64,000 bases of DNA from positions 3,092-67,091 of the forward strand of contig DASVCO010000183.1 in assembly GCA_036381575.1 (NCBI GenBank), written 5' to 3'. Below the pieces are notes generated by a model. The model made no database searches and was not told the DNA's origin. It worked only from the letters and a program-made list of their open reading frames with translations. Positions 50,310 to 59,356 of the stretch are shown piece by piece. A program made the translations under genes and the position numbers. Every line of letters begins with the position of its first letter. The first letter of the stretch is position 1. This DNA is from Bacillales bacterium. Lineage in GTDB: Bacteria > Bacillota > Bacilli > Bacillales > DASSOY01.

Positions 50310-51260
50310 ATGATGGAAGTATATCATTTAGCTGATCCCCAGCAATTAAATGAAGTAGATTCCGTACCCGTGGTGATGGCACTGGGGTTCTTCGACGGCA
50401 TTCATTCCGGCCATCAAAAAGTGATTCGGACTGCCAAAGAAATTGCGGATGACAAAGGTATTCAATCGGCCGTTATGACTTTTTATCCTCACCCGGCCGT
50501 TGTACTTGGGAAAAGAGAAAATCCGGAGTATTTAACACCGATTGAACATAAACAACGATTAATCGAATCTTTGGGCATTGACCGTCTATATATTGTTGAA
50601 TTTAATAAGGCGTTTTCAAGTTTGTCGCCGCAACAGTTTGTGGATGAATATATGGTTGGCTTGTCCGTTCAACATGCGGTAACCGGTTTTGACTTTACAT
50701 ACGGTCATAAAGGTAAGGGGACGACGGAAACCCTGGCTGATCACGCAAAAGACCGCTTTGGGATCACGATTGTAGGGAAGGTAGAGGAGAATGGAGAGAA
50801 GGTCAGCTCTACGAAAATACGTGAATTGTTACGCTCAGGCAAGGTGAGTGAGGTTCCCCGGTATTTGGGGCAGCCTTATGTAATTTACGGGACTGTTGTA
50901 AGCGGTGAAAAGCGCGGACGCACCATCGGTTTTCCGACGGCCAATATTGAACCTGATGGTTCGTATCTCATTCCGAGTACGGGCGTTTATGCGGTTAAGA
51001 TGTATCTTGATGGTAAATGGAGGGACGGGGTTGCCAGCATCGGATTTAAACCGACTTTCCATGAGAACTATGGAGATCAACCTGCAGTTGAAATTTATCT
51101 ATTTGATTTTAAAGAGGACATTTACGGTAAAGCTGTTGCAGTTAAGTGGTTTGAGAAAATCAGGGATGAAGAGAAATTCTCATCGGTTGATGCTCTGGTT
51201 GAAAGAATGAAGAAGGATGTTGAAGAGGCAAAAGCATACCTGAAAAAGGTAAACGGTTGA
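50310..51260 (+). CDS. ribF: Bifunctional riboflavin kinase/FMN adenylyltransferase
   Basis: 316 aa from ATG 50310 (or 50313). GFFDGIHSGHQKVI and GEKRGRTIGFPTANI motifs. Confidence 0.95.
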   Translation: MMEVYHLADPQQLNEVDSVPVVMALGFFDGIHSGHQKVIRTAKEIADDKGIQSAVMTFYPHPAVVLGKRENPEYLTPIEHKQRLIESLGIDRLYIVEFNKAFSSLSPQQFVDEYMVGLSVQHAVTGFDFTYGHKGKGTTETLADHAKDRFGITIVGKVEENGEKVSSTKIRELLRSGKVSEVPRYLGQPYVIYGTVVSGEKRGRTIGFPTANIEPDGSYLIPSTGVYAVKMYLDGKWRDGVASIGFKPTFHENYGDQPAVEIYLFDFKEDIYGKAVAVKWFEKIRDEEKFSSVDALVERMKKDVEEAKAYLKKVNG

Positions 51261-51285
51261 TTTTTCATCATAAAAACTGTACAAT
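51257..51285 (+). promoter_or_regulatory. Candidate sigA promoter for rpsO
   Basis: TTGATT (51257-51262, overlapping the ribF stop), a 17-nt spacer, then TACAAT (51280-51285). This leaves a leader of about 85 nt that could hold an S15 autoregulatory structure; the structure was not verified. Confidence 0.5.
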
Positions 51286-51375
51286 TCTCGTTGTATGTAA
51301 GTAACCGTTGCTTGGCAAATCGAGTCACCGACGTTTGCTCAGCATCCGGGGATTAATAGTAAGGAGGTGGAAAGG

Positions 51376-51645
51376 ATGGCATTGGAACAAGAACGGAAGA
51401 AGCAGATCGTGGAGGAATTCAAGACGCATGAAAACGACACTGGATCTCCAGAAGTGCAAGTGGCTATCCTGACAGAGCAGATCAATACGCTGAATGAGCA
51501 TTTACGCGATCATAAAAAAGATCATCATTCACGACGCGGTTTGTTGAAAATGGTCGGGAAGCGCCGTAACCTGTTGACGTATTTACGGAATAAGGATGTT
51601 CAGCGCTACCGTACGGTAATCAATAAGCTCGGTTTGCGCCGTTAG
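51376..51645 (+). CDS. rpsO: 30S ribosomal protein S15
   Basis: 89 aa from ATG 51376 (SD AAGGAGG). [35 protein letters not shown] motif. Confidence 0.98.
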   Translation: MALEQERKKQIVEEFKTHENDTGSPEVQVAILTEQINTLNEHLRDHKKDHHSRRGLLKMVGKRRNLLTYLRNKDVQRYRTVINKLGLRR

Positions 51646-51649
51646 TTGA

Positions 51650-51677
51650 AAAAAGCGGGATTGATTCCCGCTTTTTA
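51650..51677 (+). terminator. Rho-independent terminator/processing hairpin between rpsO and pnp
   Basis: AAAAAGCGGGA (51650-51660), loop TTGAT, then TCCCGCTTTTT (51666-51676). Confidence 0.85.
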
Positions 51678-51718
51678 GTGTATATAAAAAGGATTGTAAG
51701 AAAGGAGTACGTATAGAC

Positions 51719-53842
51719 ATGGCACAGGAAAAACGCGTTTTCTCCATAGATGTGGCGGGCCGCGAACTGTCTTTTGAAGTTGGACAACTCGCTCAGCAAG
51801 CCAACGGCGCTGCGCTTGTCCGTTATGGTGAAACCGCTGTATTGTCAACGGCAACAGGTTCAAAGGAACCGAAGAATTTGCCGTTCTTTCCCTTAACGAT
51901 TAACTATGAGGAACGTTTGTATGCGGTCGGGAAAATTCCAGGCGGGTTTATTAAACGTGAAGGCAGGCCAAGTGATAAGGCGATTCTATCGGCTCGCCTG
52001 ATTGACCGGCCGATTCGTCCGCTCTTTCCAGAGGGGTTCAGGAATGAGGTTCAAGTCGTCAACACGGTGATGAGTGTCGACCAGGATTGTTCTTCCGAAA
52101 TGGCAGCAATGATTGGGTCCTCACTGTCGTTATCTATTTCCGATATTCCGTTTGACGGGCCAATTGCCGGCGTGATTGTGGGCCGAATTGACGGACAATT
52201 TGTCATCAACCCGACATCGGAACAAGCGAAAAAGAGCGATATTGATCTAACTGTGGCGGGTACGAAAGACGCAATCAACATGGTTGAAGCTGGTGCCAAA
52301 GAGGTGCCTGAGGAAGTCATGTTGGATGCCATTATGTTTGGACATGAAGAGATCAAGCGCCTGGTAGCCTTCCAGGAGAAGATTATTGCCGAATTCCAGA
52401 AAGAGAAAATGGAAATTCAACTGCATGAATTGGATGCAGAGCTTGAGAAACAAGTAAGGACGGTTGCCGGAGATAAGGTGAAGGAAGCCGTCAAAGTTGT
52501 GGAGAAACATGCAAGGCAGGATGCTATTGATGAAGTAGAGGCTCAAGTTGTCGCGGCCTTTGAAAGCGATGAGGAAGAAAACGAGGAAGTTCTGGATGAA
52601 GTGAAAGAAATTTTCCAGAAACTCGTGAAAGAGGAAGTACGGGAATTGATTTTGAATGAGAAAGTCCGTCCAGACGGGCGTCAAATCAATGAGATCCGTC
52701 CCCTTTCCTCGGAGGTTAACATTCTTCCAAGAACTCACGGTTCAGGCTTGTTCACACGCGGACAAACCCAGGCGTTGAGCGTTTGTACCCTGGGGGCACT
52801 TGGTGATGTGCAAATTTTGGACGGGCTTGATCTTGAAGAATCGAAGCGCTTCTTGCATCATTATAATTTTCCGCCGTTCAGTGTTGGTGAAGCAAGGCCG
52901 ATGAGGGCTCCAGGACGCAGGGAGATCGGTCATGGTGCACTTGGGGAGCGTGCCCTTGAACCGGTTATTCCGTCGGAAAAGGATTTTCCGTATACGATTC
53001 GTCTCGTATCGGAAGTCTTGGAATCAAACGGATCGTCTTCACAGGCCAGTATATGCGGGAGCACACTGGCAATGATGGATGCAGGCGTCCCGATTAAAGC
53101 TCCTGTGACAGGAATTGCGATGGGCCTCGTCAAAGAAGGCGACCGTGTAACTGTACTTAGTGATATTCAGGGGCTTGAAGACCATCTTGGTGATATGGAC
53201 TTCAAGGTTGCGGGAACCGAAGCTGGTGTCACGGCTCTCCAAATGGATATCAAGATCTCGGGCATTAACCGTGATATTTTGCATACAGCTTTGAAGCAGG
53301 CCCATGAAGGCCGGATGACCATTCTTGACCATATGAAGCAAACGATTTCAGCGCCACGGGATCACTTATCTCCATATGCGCCGAAAATTCTGACCTTAAC
53401 GATTAATCCTGATAAAATTCGTGATGTGATTGGACCGAGCGGCAAAACCATCAATAAGATCATTGAGGAAACCGACGTGAAGATCGACATCGAACAGGAC
53501 GGCAGCGTTTATATATCTTCAACAAATGAAGAAATGAACCAAAAGGCCAAGAAAACGATCGAAGATCTTGTCCGCGAGGTTGAAGTAGGAGAATATTATC
53601 TCGGCAAGGTGAAGAGGATTGAGAAATTTGGTGCCTTCGTCGAGTTGTTCGGCGGCAAAGACGGCCTTGTCCACATTTCGGAAATGGCCAAAGAACGAAT
53701 CGGCAAAGTGGAAGATGTTGTATCCATCGGTGATGAAATTCTTGTCAAGGTCATTAATATCGACAATCAAGGCCGTGTTAAACTTTCAAGGAAAGCGGTT
53801 TTGGTTGAAAAGGAAGAAAAGGAAAAGCAGAAAAATTCCTAA
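51719..53842 (+). CDS. pnp: Polyribonucleotide nucleotidyltransferase (PNPase)
   Basis: 707 aa with two RNase PH domains plus KH and S1 domains ([27 protein letters not shown]). Confidence 0.98.
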   Translation: MAQEKRVFSIDVAGRELSFEVGQLAQQANGAALVRYGETAVLSTATGSKEPKNLPFFPLTINYEERLYAVGKIPGGFIKREGRPSDKAILSARLIDRPIRPLFPEGFRNEVQVVNTVMSVDQDCSSEMAAMIGSSLSLSISDIPFDGPIAGVIVGRIDGQFVINPTSEQAKKSDIDLTVAGTKDAINMVEAGAKEVPEEVMLDAIMFGHEEIKRLVAFQEKIIAEFQKEKMEIQLHELDAELEKQVRTVAGDKVKEAVKVVEKHARQDAIDEVEAQVVAAFESDEEENEEVLDEVKEIFQKLVKEEVRELILNEKVRPDGRQINEIRPLSSEVNILPRTHGSGLFTRGQTQALSVCTLGALGDVQILDGLDLEESKRFLHHYNFPPFSVGEARPMRAPGRREIGHGALGERALEPVIPSEKDFPYTIRLVSEVLESNGSSSQASICGSTLAMMDAGVPIKAPVTGIAMGLVKEGDRVTVLSDIQGLEDHLGDMDFKVAGTEAGVTALQMDIKISGINRDILHTALKQAHEGRMTILDHMKQTISAPRDHLSPYAPKILTLTINPDKIRDVIGPSGKTINKIIEETDVKIDIEQDGSVYISSTNEEMNQKAKKTIEDLVREVEVGEYYLGKVKRIEKFGAFVELFGGKDGLVHISEMAKERIGKVEDVVSIGDEILVKVINIDNQGRVKLSRKAVLVEKEEKEKQKNS

Positions 53843-53845
53843 GAT

Positions 53846-53877
53846 CAGGCTGGGTTATTCCAGCTTGTTTTTATTTT
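53846..53877 (+). terminator. Rho-independent terminator after pnp
   Basis: CAGGCTGG (53846-53853) pairs with CCAGCTTG (53860-53867), followed by TTTTTATTTT. Confidence 0.8.
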
Positions 53878-54004
53878 GGCCAATTTTTCATTTGTACTCC
53901 AGCCTTTCACCTCCGTTTAGCATATCTTGTCCTTCCCCTACATATTTTGATATGGAAGTGTAGTGTTTTCAAAGCCATACAATTTCTGGAGGTGGGAAGA
54001 GGGC

Positions 54005-54961
54005 ATGAGAAAACAACTGTTGCATTGGACAGTCTTTTTATTTATTTTTCTTTTTGCATTCGGAACAGTGGACAACCCCTGGGCGACGCGATATCTCCAA
54101 GATCTCAAACAGGATAGTTTACCGGTTGCGAATGAAAAAAATCCGCTTTACAGCAAAATCCAAAAAGCGGCGAAACAATATAAAGAACCCGCGATTGATG
54201 CCAGAATTGATCAAGTGTGGAAAGCCATTCCCGGTTATGATGGGTTAAAGGTGGATGTTGCCGCTTCTTATCAAAAGATGCGAAAATCTGAAGGCGGTTA
54301 CGATAAGGATGAATTGGTATTTCGAGAGATTAGTCCCGATGTGCATTTGAACGATCTTCCCCCGGCCCCGATATTCAAAGGGAATCCTCACAAACCGATG
54401 GTTGGCCTGATGGTGAATGTTGCATGGGGGAACGAATATATCCCGAAGATGTTAAAGATTATGGAGCAGGAGGATGTTCACGCAACTTTCTTCCTTGACG
54501 GCTCCTGGGTAAAGAAAAATCCTGATCTTGCGGAAATGATTGCCGAAGAAGGTCATGAAATCGGAAATCATGCCTATTCCCATCCTGATATGAAGACTCT
54601 GTCGGGGACGGCCATCCAGCGCGAACTCCAGAGGACGAATACCGTTATTCGCGCCACCCTGGATATGACCCCGGAATTATTTGCCCCTCCAAGTGGCAGT
54701 TACGGCCCGCAGGTTGTCAAAATTGCTGACAATCTCGGAATGAAGACCATCATGTGGACGGTTGATACGGTAGATTGGAAAAAACCGCGCCCTCAGGATA
54801 TGGTACAAAGGGTACTCAAGTCGGTACATGCGGGCTCTTTGATATTAATGCACCCAACTTCGCCCTCCTTCGAAGGATTGAAAACGATGATACATGGTAT
54901 TCGGGAGAGAGGTTATCAATTGGGGACTGTTTCCACAGTGCTCAGTGAAGACCGTCTATAA
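54005..54961 (+). CDS. ylxY: Sporulation polysaccharide deacetylase YlxY
   Basis: 318 aa from ATG 54005 (MRKQLLHWTVFLFIFLF signal/TM). NodB-homology motifs FFLDGSW and HEIGNHAYSHPDM. Confidence 0.9.
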   Translation: MRKQLLHWTVFLFIFLFAFGTVDNPWATRYLQDLKQDSLPVANEKNPLYSKIQKAAKQYKEPAIDARIDQVWKAIPGYDGLKVDVAASYQKMRKSEGGYDKDELVFREISPDVHLNDLPPAPIFKGNPHKPMVGLMVNVAWGNEYIPKMLKIMEQEDVHATFFLDGSWVKKNPDLAEMIAEEGHEIGNHAYSHPDMKTLSGTAIQRELQRTNTVIRATLDMTPELFAPPSGSYGPQVVKIADNLGMKTIMWTVDTVDWKKPRPQDMVQRVLKSVHAGSLILMHPTSPSFEGLKTMIHGIRERGYQLGTVSTVLSEDRL

Positions 54962-55019
54962 CGAGGTAAATTATTGAAGACAGGAAATGGTACATGGTAT
55001 AGTACGGTTAGTATTTAAC

Positions 55020-55049
55020 TTGATCCAGCAGAAGCCCCTGCTGGATCAA
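55020..55049 (+). other. Perfect 12-bp inverted repeat/hairpin downstream of ylxY (no U-tract)
   Basis: TTGATCCAGCAG (55020-55031), loop AAGCCC, then CTGCTGGATCAA (55038-55049). The flanks are not T-rich on either strand. Confidence 0.7.
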
Positions 55050-55179
55050 AGGAACTTAGACTAAGAATCCAACGTCAATCCAACCTCAAAAAGCAAAAAG
55101 CGCTTTTCGGGGATCTCGGGGTTGCAACGTCTAAGTGACCCACATTGTGTGGGGCTAAGCCTTGGCGGATGCCACAGAT

Positions 55180-55203
55180 TTTTATCGAGCCTGCTCGATA
55201 AAA
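55180..55203 (+). other. Perfect inverted repeat TTATCGAG-CCTG-CTCGATAA (extendable to 10 bp) upstream of mlpA; operator-like or an RNA hairpin
   Basis: 55182-55189 pairs with 55194-55201, and flanking TT/AA extend the stem. It lies about 55 nt upstream of the proposed mlpA start. Confidence 0.6.
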
Positions 55204-55256
55204 TCCGGACGCGTAAATTCACCATGGCGAATTTGATTTTGGGAAGAAGGGATCTT

Positions 55257-56495
55257 TTGTTAACAAGGCATCAATGTTCAAATGGCGCGAGGGTTGTGTT
55301 GGAGAAGATTCCGGCCGTTCGCTCGGTCGCCATAGGAATCTGGATAGGAACCGGTTCCCGGAATGAAACGACTGAGAACAACGGCGTTTCTCATTTCTTG
55401 GAGCATATGTTCTTCAAGGGAACAGAAACACGAAATGCCCGTGAAATCGCGGAATCGTTTGACAAGATCGGCGGGCATGTGAATGCTTTCACCTCTAAGG
55501 AGTATACATGTTTTTACTCGAAGGTACTGGATGACCATGCGGAGCATGCTCTTGATGTATTGGCTGATATGTTCTTTCACTCAACTTTCTCACCGGAGGA
55601 ACTAAACAAAGAGAAAGATGTTGTGTTTGAAGAAATCAAAATGTATGAGGACACACCGGATGAGATGGTACACGATTTGTTGGGCGAAGCTGTATTTGGA
55701 GATCATCCGCTGGGCTATCCGATTTTGGGAAATGAGCAATCTCTTAATTCTTTCAACAGTGAAATGTTGCGGGATTATATGAAGCAAAGTTATACTCCTG
55801 ATAATGTTGTCATTTCTATTGCCGGTAATGTCGATGAATCCATACTGAAGAAAGTCGAGGAGTATTTCGGATCTTATCAAGCCGACCATGATAAACATTC
55901 GCTGGAGGAGCCGGATTTTCAGACAAGCAGAATGGCCCGGAAGAAAGAAACCGAACAAGCCCACCTCTGTCTTGGTTTCAACGGATTGCCAATTCGTCAT
56001 GAAGATATATACGCGCTGTCTGTCTTGAATAATGTGCTTGGCGGCAGTATGTCCAGCCGATTGTTCCAGGAGGTTCGCGAGGAACGCGGCCTGGCTTATT
56101 CAATTTTTTCTTATCATTCCTCGTTTCGAGACAATGGGGTATTAACAATATATGGCGGAACGGGCGCGAATCGAGTGGATGAATTGTATATGACGATTCA
56201 TGAAATATTGAAGAAATTGAAGGAAAAAGGCATTACAGACTCCGAACTGGAGAACAGCAAGGAACAAATTAAAGGCAATTTAATGTTAGGGTTGGAGAGT
56301 ACGAACAGCCGAATGAGCCTGAACGGCAAAAATGAGTTGCTTCTCGGCCAGCATCGCTCTCTTGATGATATGATTGCTGAAATCCAAGCGGTTAACAAAA
56401 AACAGGTTGATTCATTGGCCCGCTCGATTTTCACCGACCGATTTTCCTGTTCACTTGTCAGTCCTTACGGTACCCTTCCGCAAGGGCTGCAATAA
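55257..56495 (+). CDS. mlpA: M16-family zinc peptidase MlpA (YmxG)
   Basis: About 412 aa with the HFLEHMFFKG zinc motif. The N-terminus LLTRHQCSNGARVVLE aligns with B. subtilis MIKRYTCQNGVRIVLE, so TTG 55257 (after GAAGAAGGGA) is preferred. ATG 55224 and TTG 55122 are in-frame alternatives. Confidence 0.9.
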   Translation: MLTRHQCSNGARVVLEKIPAVRSVAIGIWIGTGSRNETTENNGVSHFLEHMFFKGTETRNAREIAESFDKIGGHVNAFTSKEYTCFYSKVLDDHAEHALDVLADMFFHSTFSPEELNKEKDVVFEEIKMYEDTPDEMVHDLLGEAVFGDHPLGYPILGNEQSLNSFNSEMLRDYMKQSYTPDNVVISIAGNVDESILKKVEEYFGSYQADHDKHSLEEPDFQTSRMARKKETEQAHLCLGFNGLPIRHEDIYALSVLNNVLGGSMSSRLFQEVREERGLAYSIFSYHSSFRDNGVLTIYGGTGANRVDELYMTIHEILKKLKEKGITDSELENSKEQIKGNLMLGLESTNSRMSLNGKNELLLGQHRSLDDMIAEIQAVNKKQVDSLARSIFTDRFSCSLVSPYGTLPQGLQ

Positions 56496-56506
56496 CGATT
56501 TTTTTT

Positions 56507-56545
56507 ATCCTCGCAAGGTTATGGAAACCTGCGGGGATTTTTTTG
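56507..56545 (+). terminator. Rho-independent terminator after mlpA
   Basis: ATCCTCGCAAGGTT pairs with AACCTGCGGGGAT (one bulge), followed by TTTTTTT. Confidence 0.8.
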
Positions 56546-56595
56546 TTCAAAATGATATCGATTCCGTTCAGCCTGGACTGATTTCCGGTAAATTC

Positions 56596-56623
56596 ACAGA
56601 CTGGGCGCCTGCCACATATTCTA
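56596..56623 (+). promoter_or_regulatory. Candidate sigK-type promoter for spoVFA-spoVFB
   Basis: AC (56596-56597), a 17-nt spacer, then CATATTCTA (56615-56623), which fits AC-N17-CATAnnnTA. The spoVF operon is sigK-dependent in B. subtilis. Confidence 0.5.
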
Positions 56624-56661
56624 TTGGAGACTCACGATGTTGTGGGAGGGGGAGGAAAATA

Positions 56662-57576
56662 ATGAAGTCAATGCTTACGGGCCTTTCAGTCGCGGTTATC
56701 GGAGGCGATGCCAGGCAACTGGAAGTGGTGAAAAAGCTAAGTGAATGGGATGCAAATTTGTTTTTGATCGGCTTTGACCAACTGGATCATGGTTTTACCG
56801 GTGCCACCAAAGTTGATCTTGATGAAGCCCATTTCGAAGAAATGGATGCTGTTCTATTGCCGGTTAGCGGTACAAATCTAAAGGGGGAAGTGGAGACCGT
56901 CTTTTCAAATGGAAACATTGTATTGACGGCTCAGCACCTTAAGCGAACTCCGAAACATTGCACAGTGTACAGCGGGATTACCAATACTTATCTTGACGGC
57001 TGTGTCAAAGATGCGGATCGTCGCCTTGTCAAACTGTTGGAAAGGAACGATGTGGCGATTTATAACTCAATCCCCACTGCTGAAGGAACCATTATGATGG
57101 TCATTCAGAATACCGACATGACCATTCACGATGCAGATGTTATGGTATTGGGATTTGGGAGAACCGGAATCACTGTTGCGAGAATGATGGCTGCGCTCGG
57201 TGCCCGTGTCAAGGTGGGGGCCAGACGTTCCGAACATTTGGCGCGTATTTCCGAGATGGGATTAAAGTCATTTTATATAGAAAATCTCGAACAAGAAGTA
57301 AGTGATACGGATATTTGTATTAATACGATTCCGGCTCCCGTCTTAACGGCAAGTGTTCTTTCTCACATGCCGCTTTCGACTCTTATTATTGATTTGGCTT
57401 CCAAGCCGGGAGGCACGGATTTCCGGTATGCGGATAAACGGGGCATTAAAGCTTTGCTTGCACCCGGGCTTCCGGGGATTGTGGCTCCGAAAACGGCAGG
57501 GGAGATCCTTGCCAAGGTTCTTCAACCCCTGCTTATTGCAAATCAGAAAGAGGAGGAGAATACCCATGAAGCTTAA
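56662..57576 (+). CDS. spoVFA: Dipicolinate synthase subunit A
   Basis: 304 aa from ATG 56662 (MKSMLTGLSVAVIGGDARQLEVVKKL), nearly colinear with B. subtilis SpoVFA. The track ORF start at 56374 is an upstream extension. Confidence 0.95.
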   Translation: MKSMLTGLSVAVIGGDARQLEVVKKLSEWDANLFLIGFDQLDHGFTGATKVDLDEAHFEEMDAVLLPVSGTNLKGEVETVFSNGNIVLTAQHLKRTPKHCTVYSGITNTYLDGCVKDADRRLVKLLERNDVAIYNSIPTAEGTIMMVIQNTDMTIHDADVMVLGFGRTGITVARMMAALGARVKVGARRSEHLARISEMGLKSFYIENLEQEVSDTDICINTIPAPVLTASVLSHMPLSTLIIDLASKPGGTDFRYADKRGIKALLAPGLPGIVAPKTAGEILAKVLQPLLIANQKEEENTHEA

Positions 57577-58159
57577 AGGGAAGCATATTGGATTCGGATT
57601 AACAGGGTCGCATTGCACTTACGAGCAAGTTGTGCCGCAGGTACAAAGGCTTGTAGATGCGGGGGCCAGAGTTACGCCGTTTGTAACCTGGACAGTAAAA
57701 AATACGGTAACCCGTTTTGGTGACGGGCGAGATTGGGTAAAGAAAGTGGAGGAGATTACAGGTCAAGAAGCAGTGGATTCGATTGTCAAGGCGGAACCGT
57801 ACGGCCCGAAGGATCCGTTGGATTGCATGGTGATCTCCCCGATGACGGGGAACTCCATCAGCAAGTTCGCCAACGCCATGACAGATTCTCCGGTGCTGAT
57901 GGCGGCTAAGGCGACAATGCGGAACCGAAATCCGGTTGTGCTCGGCATATCAACGAATGACGCACTAGGTTTGAACGGGGTAAACATTATGAGGTTGATC
58001 GCCTCCAAATATATATTTTTTATTCCATTTGGCCAGGATGCGCCGGACAAAAAGCCGAATTCGCTCGTGGCCCGTATGGATTCACTTCAAGAAACAGTAG
58101 AATCAGCGCTTGACGGGGACCAGTTACAACCCGTCCTGATTGAAAGGTTTCGTGATTGA
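57566..58159 (+). CDS. spoVFB: Dipicolinate synthase subunit B
   Basis: 197 aa from ATG 57566 (SD GGAGGAG) starting MKLKGKHIGFGLTGSHCTYE; flavoprotein-like. Confidence 0.95.
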   Translation: MKLKGKHIGFGLTGSHCTYEQVVPQVQRLVDAGARVTPFVTWTVKNTVTRFGDGRDWVKKVEEITGQEAVDSIVKAEPYGPKDPLDCMVISPMTGNSISKFANAMTDSPVLMAAKATMRNRNPVVLGISTNDALGLNGVNIMRLIASKYIFFIPFGQDAPDKKPNSLVARMDSLQETVESALDGDQLQPVLIERFRD

Positions 58160-58230
58160 GCGGCCTCCCGATTAATTCAACTTCTTCTTGAAATGAGAAT
58201 ATGATAAAATAGGAACCATCAATCGGTCGT

Positions 58231-58260
58231 AAAGGAGAAACATATGGTTTCTCCTTTTTA
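58231..58260 (+). terminator. Rho-independent terminator after spoVFB
   Basis: AAAGGAGAAAC (58231-58241), loop ATAT, GGTTTCTCCTTT, followed by TTTA. Confidence 0.8.
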
Positions 58261-58294
58261 TAAAGCTATTTAAATGCCAGGAAGGAGTTATAGA

Positions 58295-59344
58295 ATGGGA
58301 GAAACATATTGTGTCGCGGTTGTTGGGGTGACCGGAGCGGTCGGCCAACAAATGATCAAGATGCTTGAGGAAGAAAAATTTCCTATTGCGGAATTTATAC
58401 CGCTTGCTTCAAAGCGTTCAGCAGGGAAGCAGGTAACCTTTAATAATAAGCAATGGACAATACAAGAAGCGCGTCCCGAGGCTTTTGAAGGCGTTGATTT
58501 AGCTTTGTTCAGCGCAGGGGGATCCGTTTCAAAAGAGCTTGCTCATGAGGCGGTGAAAAAGGGAGCAATAGTCGTTGATAATACGAGCGCGTTTCGTATG
58601 GATCCGGATGTGCCATTAGTAGTGCCGGAGGTCAATGAAGAGGATTTGCATCAACATCAGGGCATCATTGCAAATCCAAACTGCTCGACTATTCAAATGG
58701 TAGCGGCCCTTGAACCGATCCGTCGGGAATTCGGTCTGAGGAAGGTGCTGGTCTCAACTTATCAGGCGGTTTCCGGGGCAGGTACGAAGGCAGTTGATGA
58801 AATGAAGGAACAAAGCCGTGCAATGCTGGAAGGCCGTGATTACAAACCGGAACTGTTGCCGGTCAAAGGCGATGAGAAGCATTATCCGATTGCTTTTAAC
58901 GCGGTTCCGCAGATTGATAAGTTTCAAGAAAACGGTTATACCTTTGAAGAAATCAAAATGATCAATGAAACGAAGAAAATCTTTCATGAGAGTGAATTGC
59001 CGGTAGCTGCAACGTGTGTGCGCCTGCCAATTGAAACCGGTCATGCCGAATCGGTTTACATTGAGATTGATCGTCCGGGCGTGGAGGGCGATCAAATTAA
59101 GGATTTGCTTTCTGTTGCGGATGGGGTGACAGTAAAAGACAATCCAAGTGAACAACTTTATCCTATGCCGATTGACGCGGCAGGGAAGAAAGACGTCTTT
59201 GTCGGCCGTATTCGAAAGGATCCGGATGAGGAGAACGGGTTCCACCTTTGGATCGTTTCTGATAATCTTCTAAAGGGAGCAGCATGGAACTCAGTACAAA
59301 TCGGAGAAAGTTTGTTGAAACTGAATCTCTTGAAAAAGAAATAA
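58295..59344 (+). CDS. asd: Aspartate-semialdehyde dehydrogenase
   Basis: 349 aa from ATG 58295 (SD GGAAGGAG). VVGVTGAVGQ NADP site and the NPNCSTIQMV active-site Cys motif. Confidence 0.97.
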   Translation: MGETYCVAVVGVTGAVGQQMIKMLEEEKFPIAEFIPLASKRSAGKQVTFNNKQWTIQEARPEAFEGVDLALFSAGGSVSKELAHEAVKKGAIVVDNTSAFRMDPDVPLVVPEVNEEDLHQHQGIIANPNCSTIQMVAALEPIRREFGLRKVLVSTYQAVSGAGTKAVDEMKEQSRAMLEGRDYKPELLPVKGDEKHYPIAFNAVPQIDKFQENGYTFEEIKMINETKKIFHESELPVAATCVRLPIETGHAESVYIEIDRPGVEGDQIKDLLSVADGVTVKDNPSEQLYPMPIDAAGKKDVFVGRIRKDPDEENGFHLWIVSDNLLKGAAWNSVQIGESLLKLNLLKKK

Positions 59345-59356
59345 AAGGGTGTTTGG

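Noticed and set aside
53976-53983. CATACAAT (sigE-type -10) upstream of ylxY.
   Set aside because: I could find no matching -35 (ATATT-like) at the required spacing of about 14 nt. The implied start site would fall on the SD itself. This is not enough to call a promoter.
55056-55226. 57-codon minus-strand ORF in the ylxY-mlpA spacer, starting at the CCATGG palindrome (its ATG is the complement of 55224-55226).
   Set aside because: It has no SD, and the arbitrary basic/Cys-containing translation resembles nothing I recognise. It is probably a chance ORF in a non-coding spacer.
58176-58260. Possible attenuator for asd-dapG-dapA: a weak sigA-like promoter (TTCAAC-N18-TATGAT, 58176-58205) upstream of the hairpin at 58231-58260.
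   Set aside because: The -35 is poor. Only about 20 nt would separate the start site from the terminator, which is too short for a riboswitch or leader-peptide sensor. No L-box features are present. The hairpin is more simply the spoVF operon terminator.
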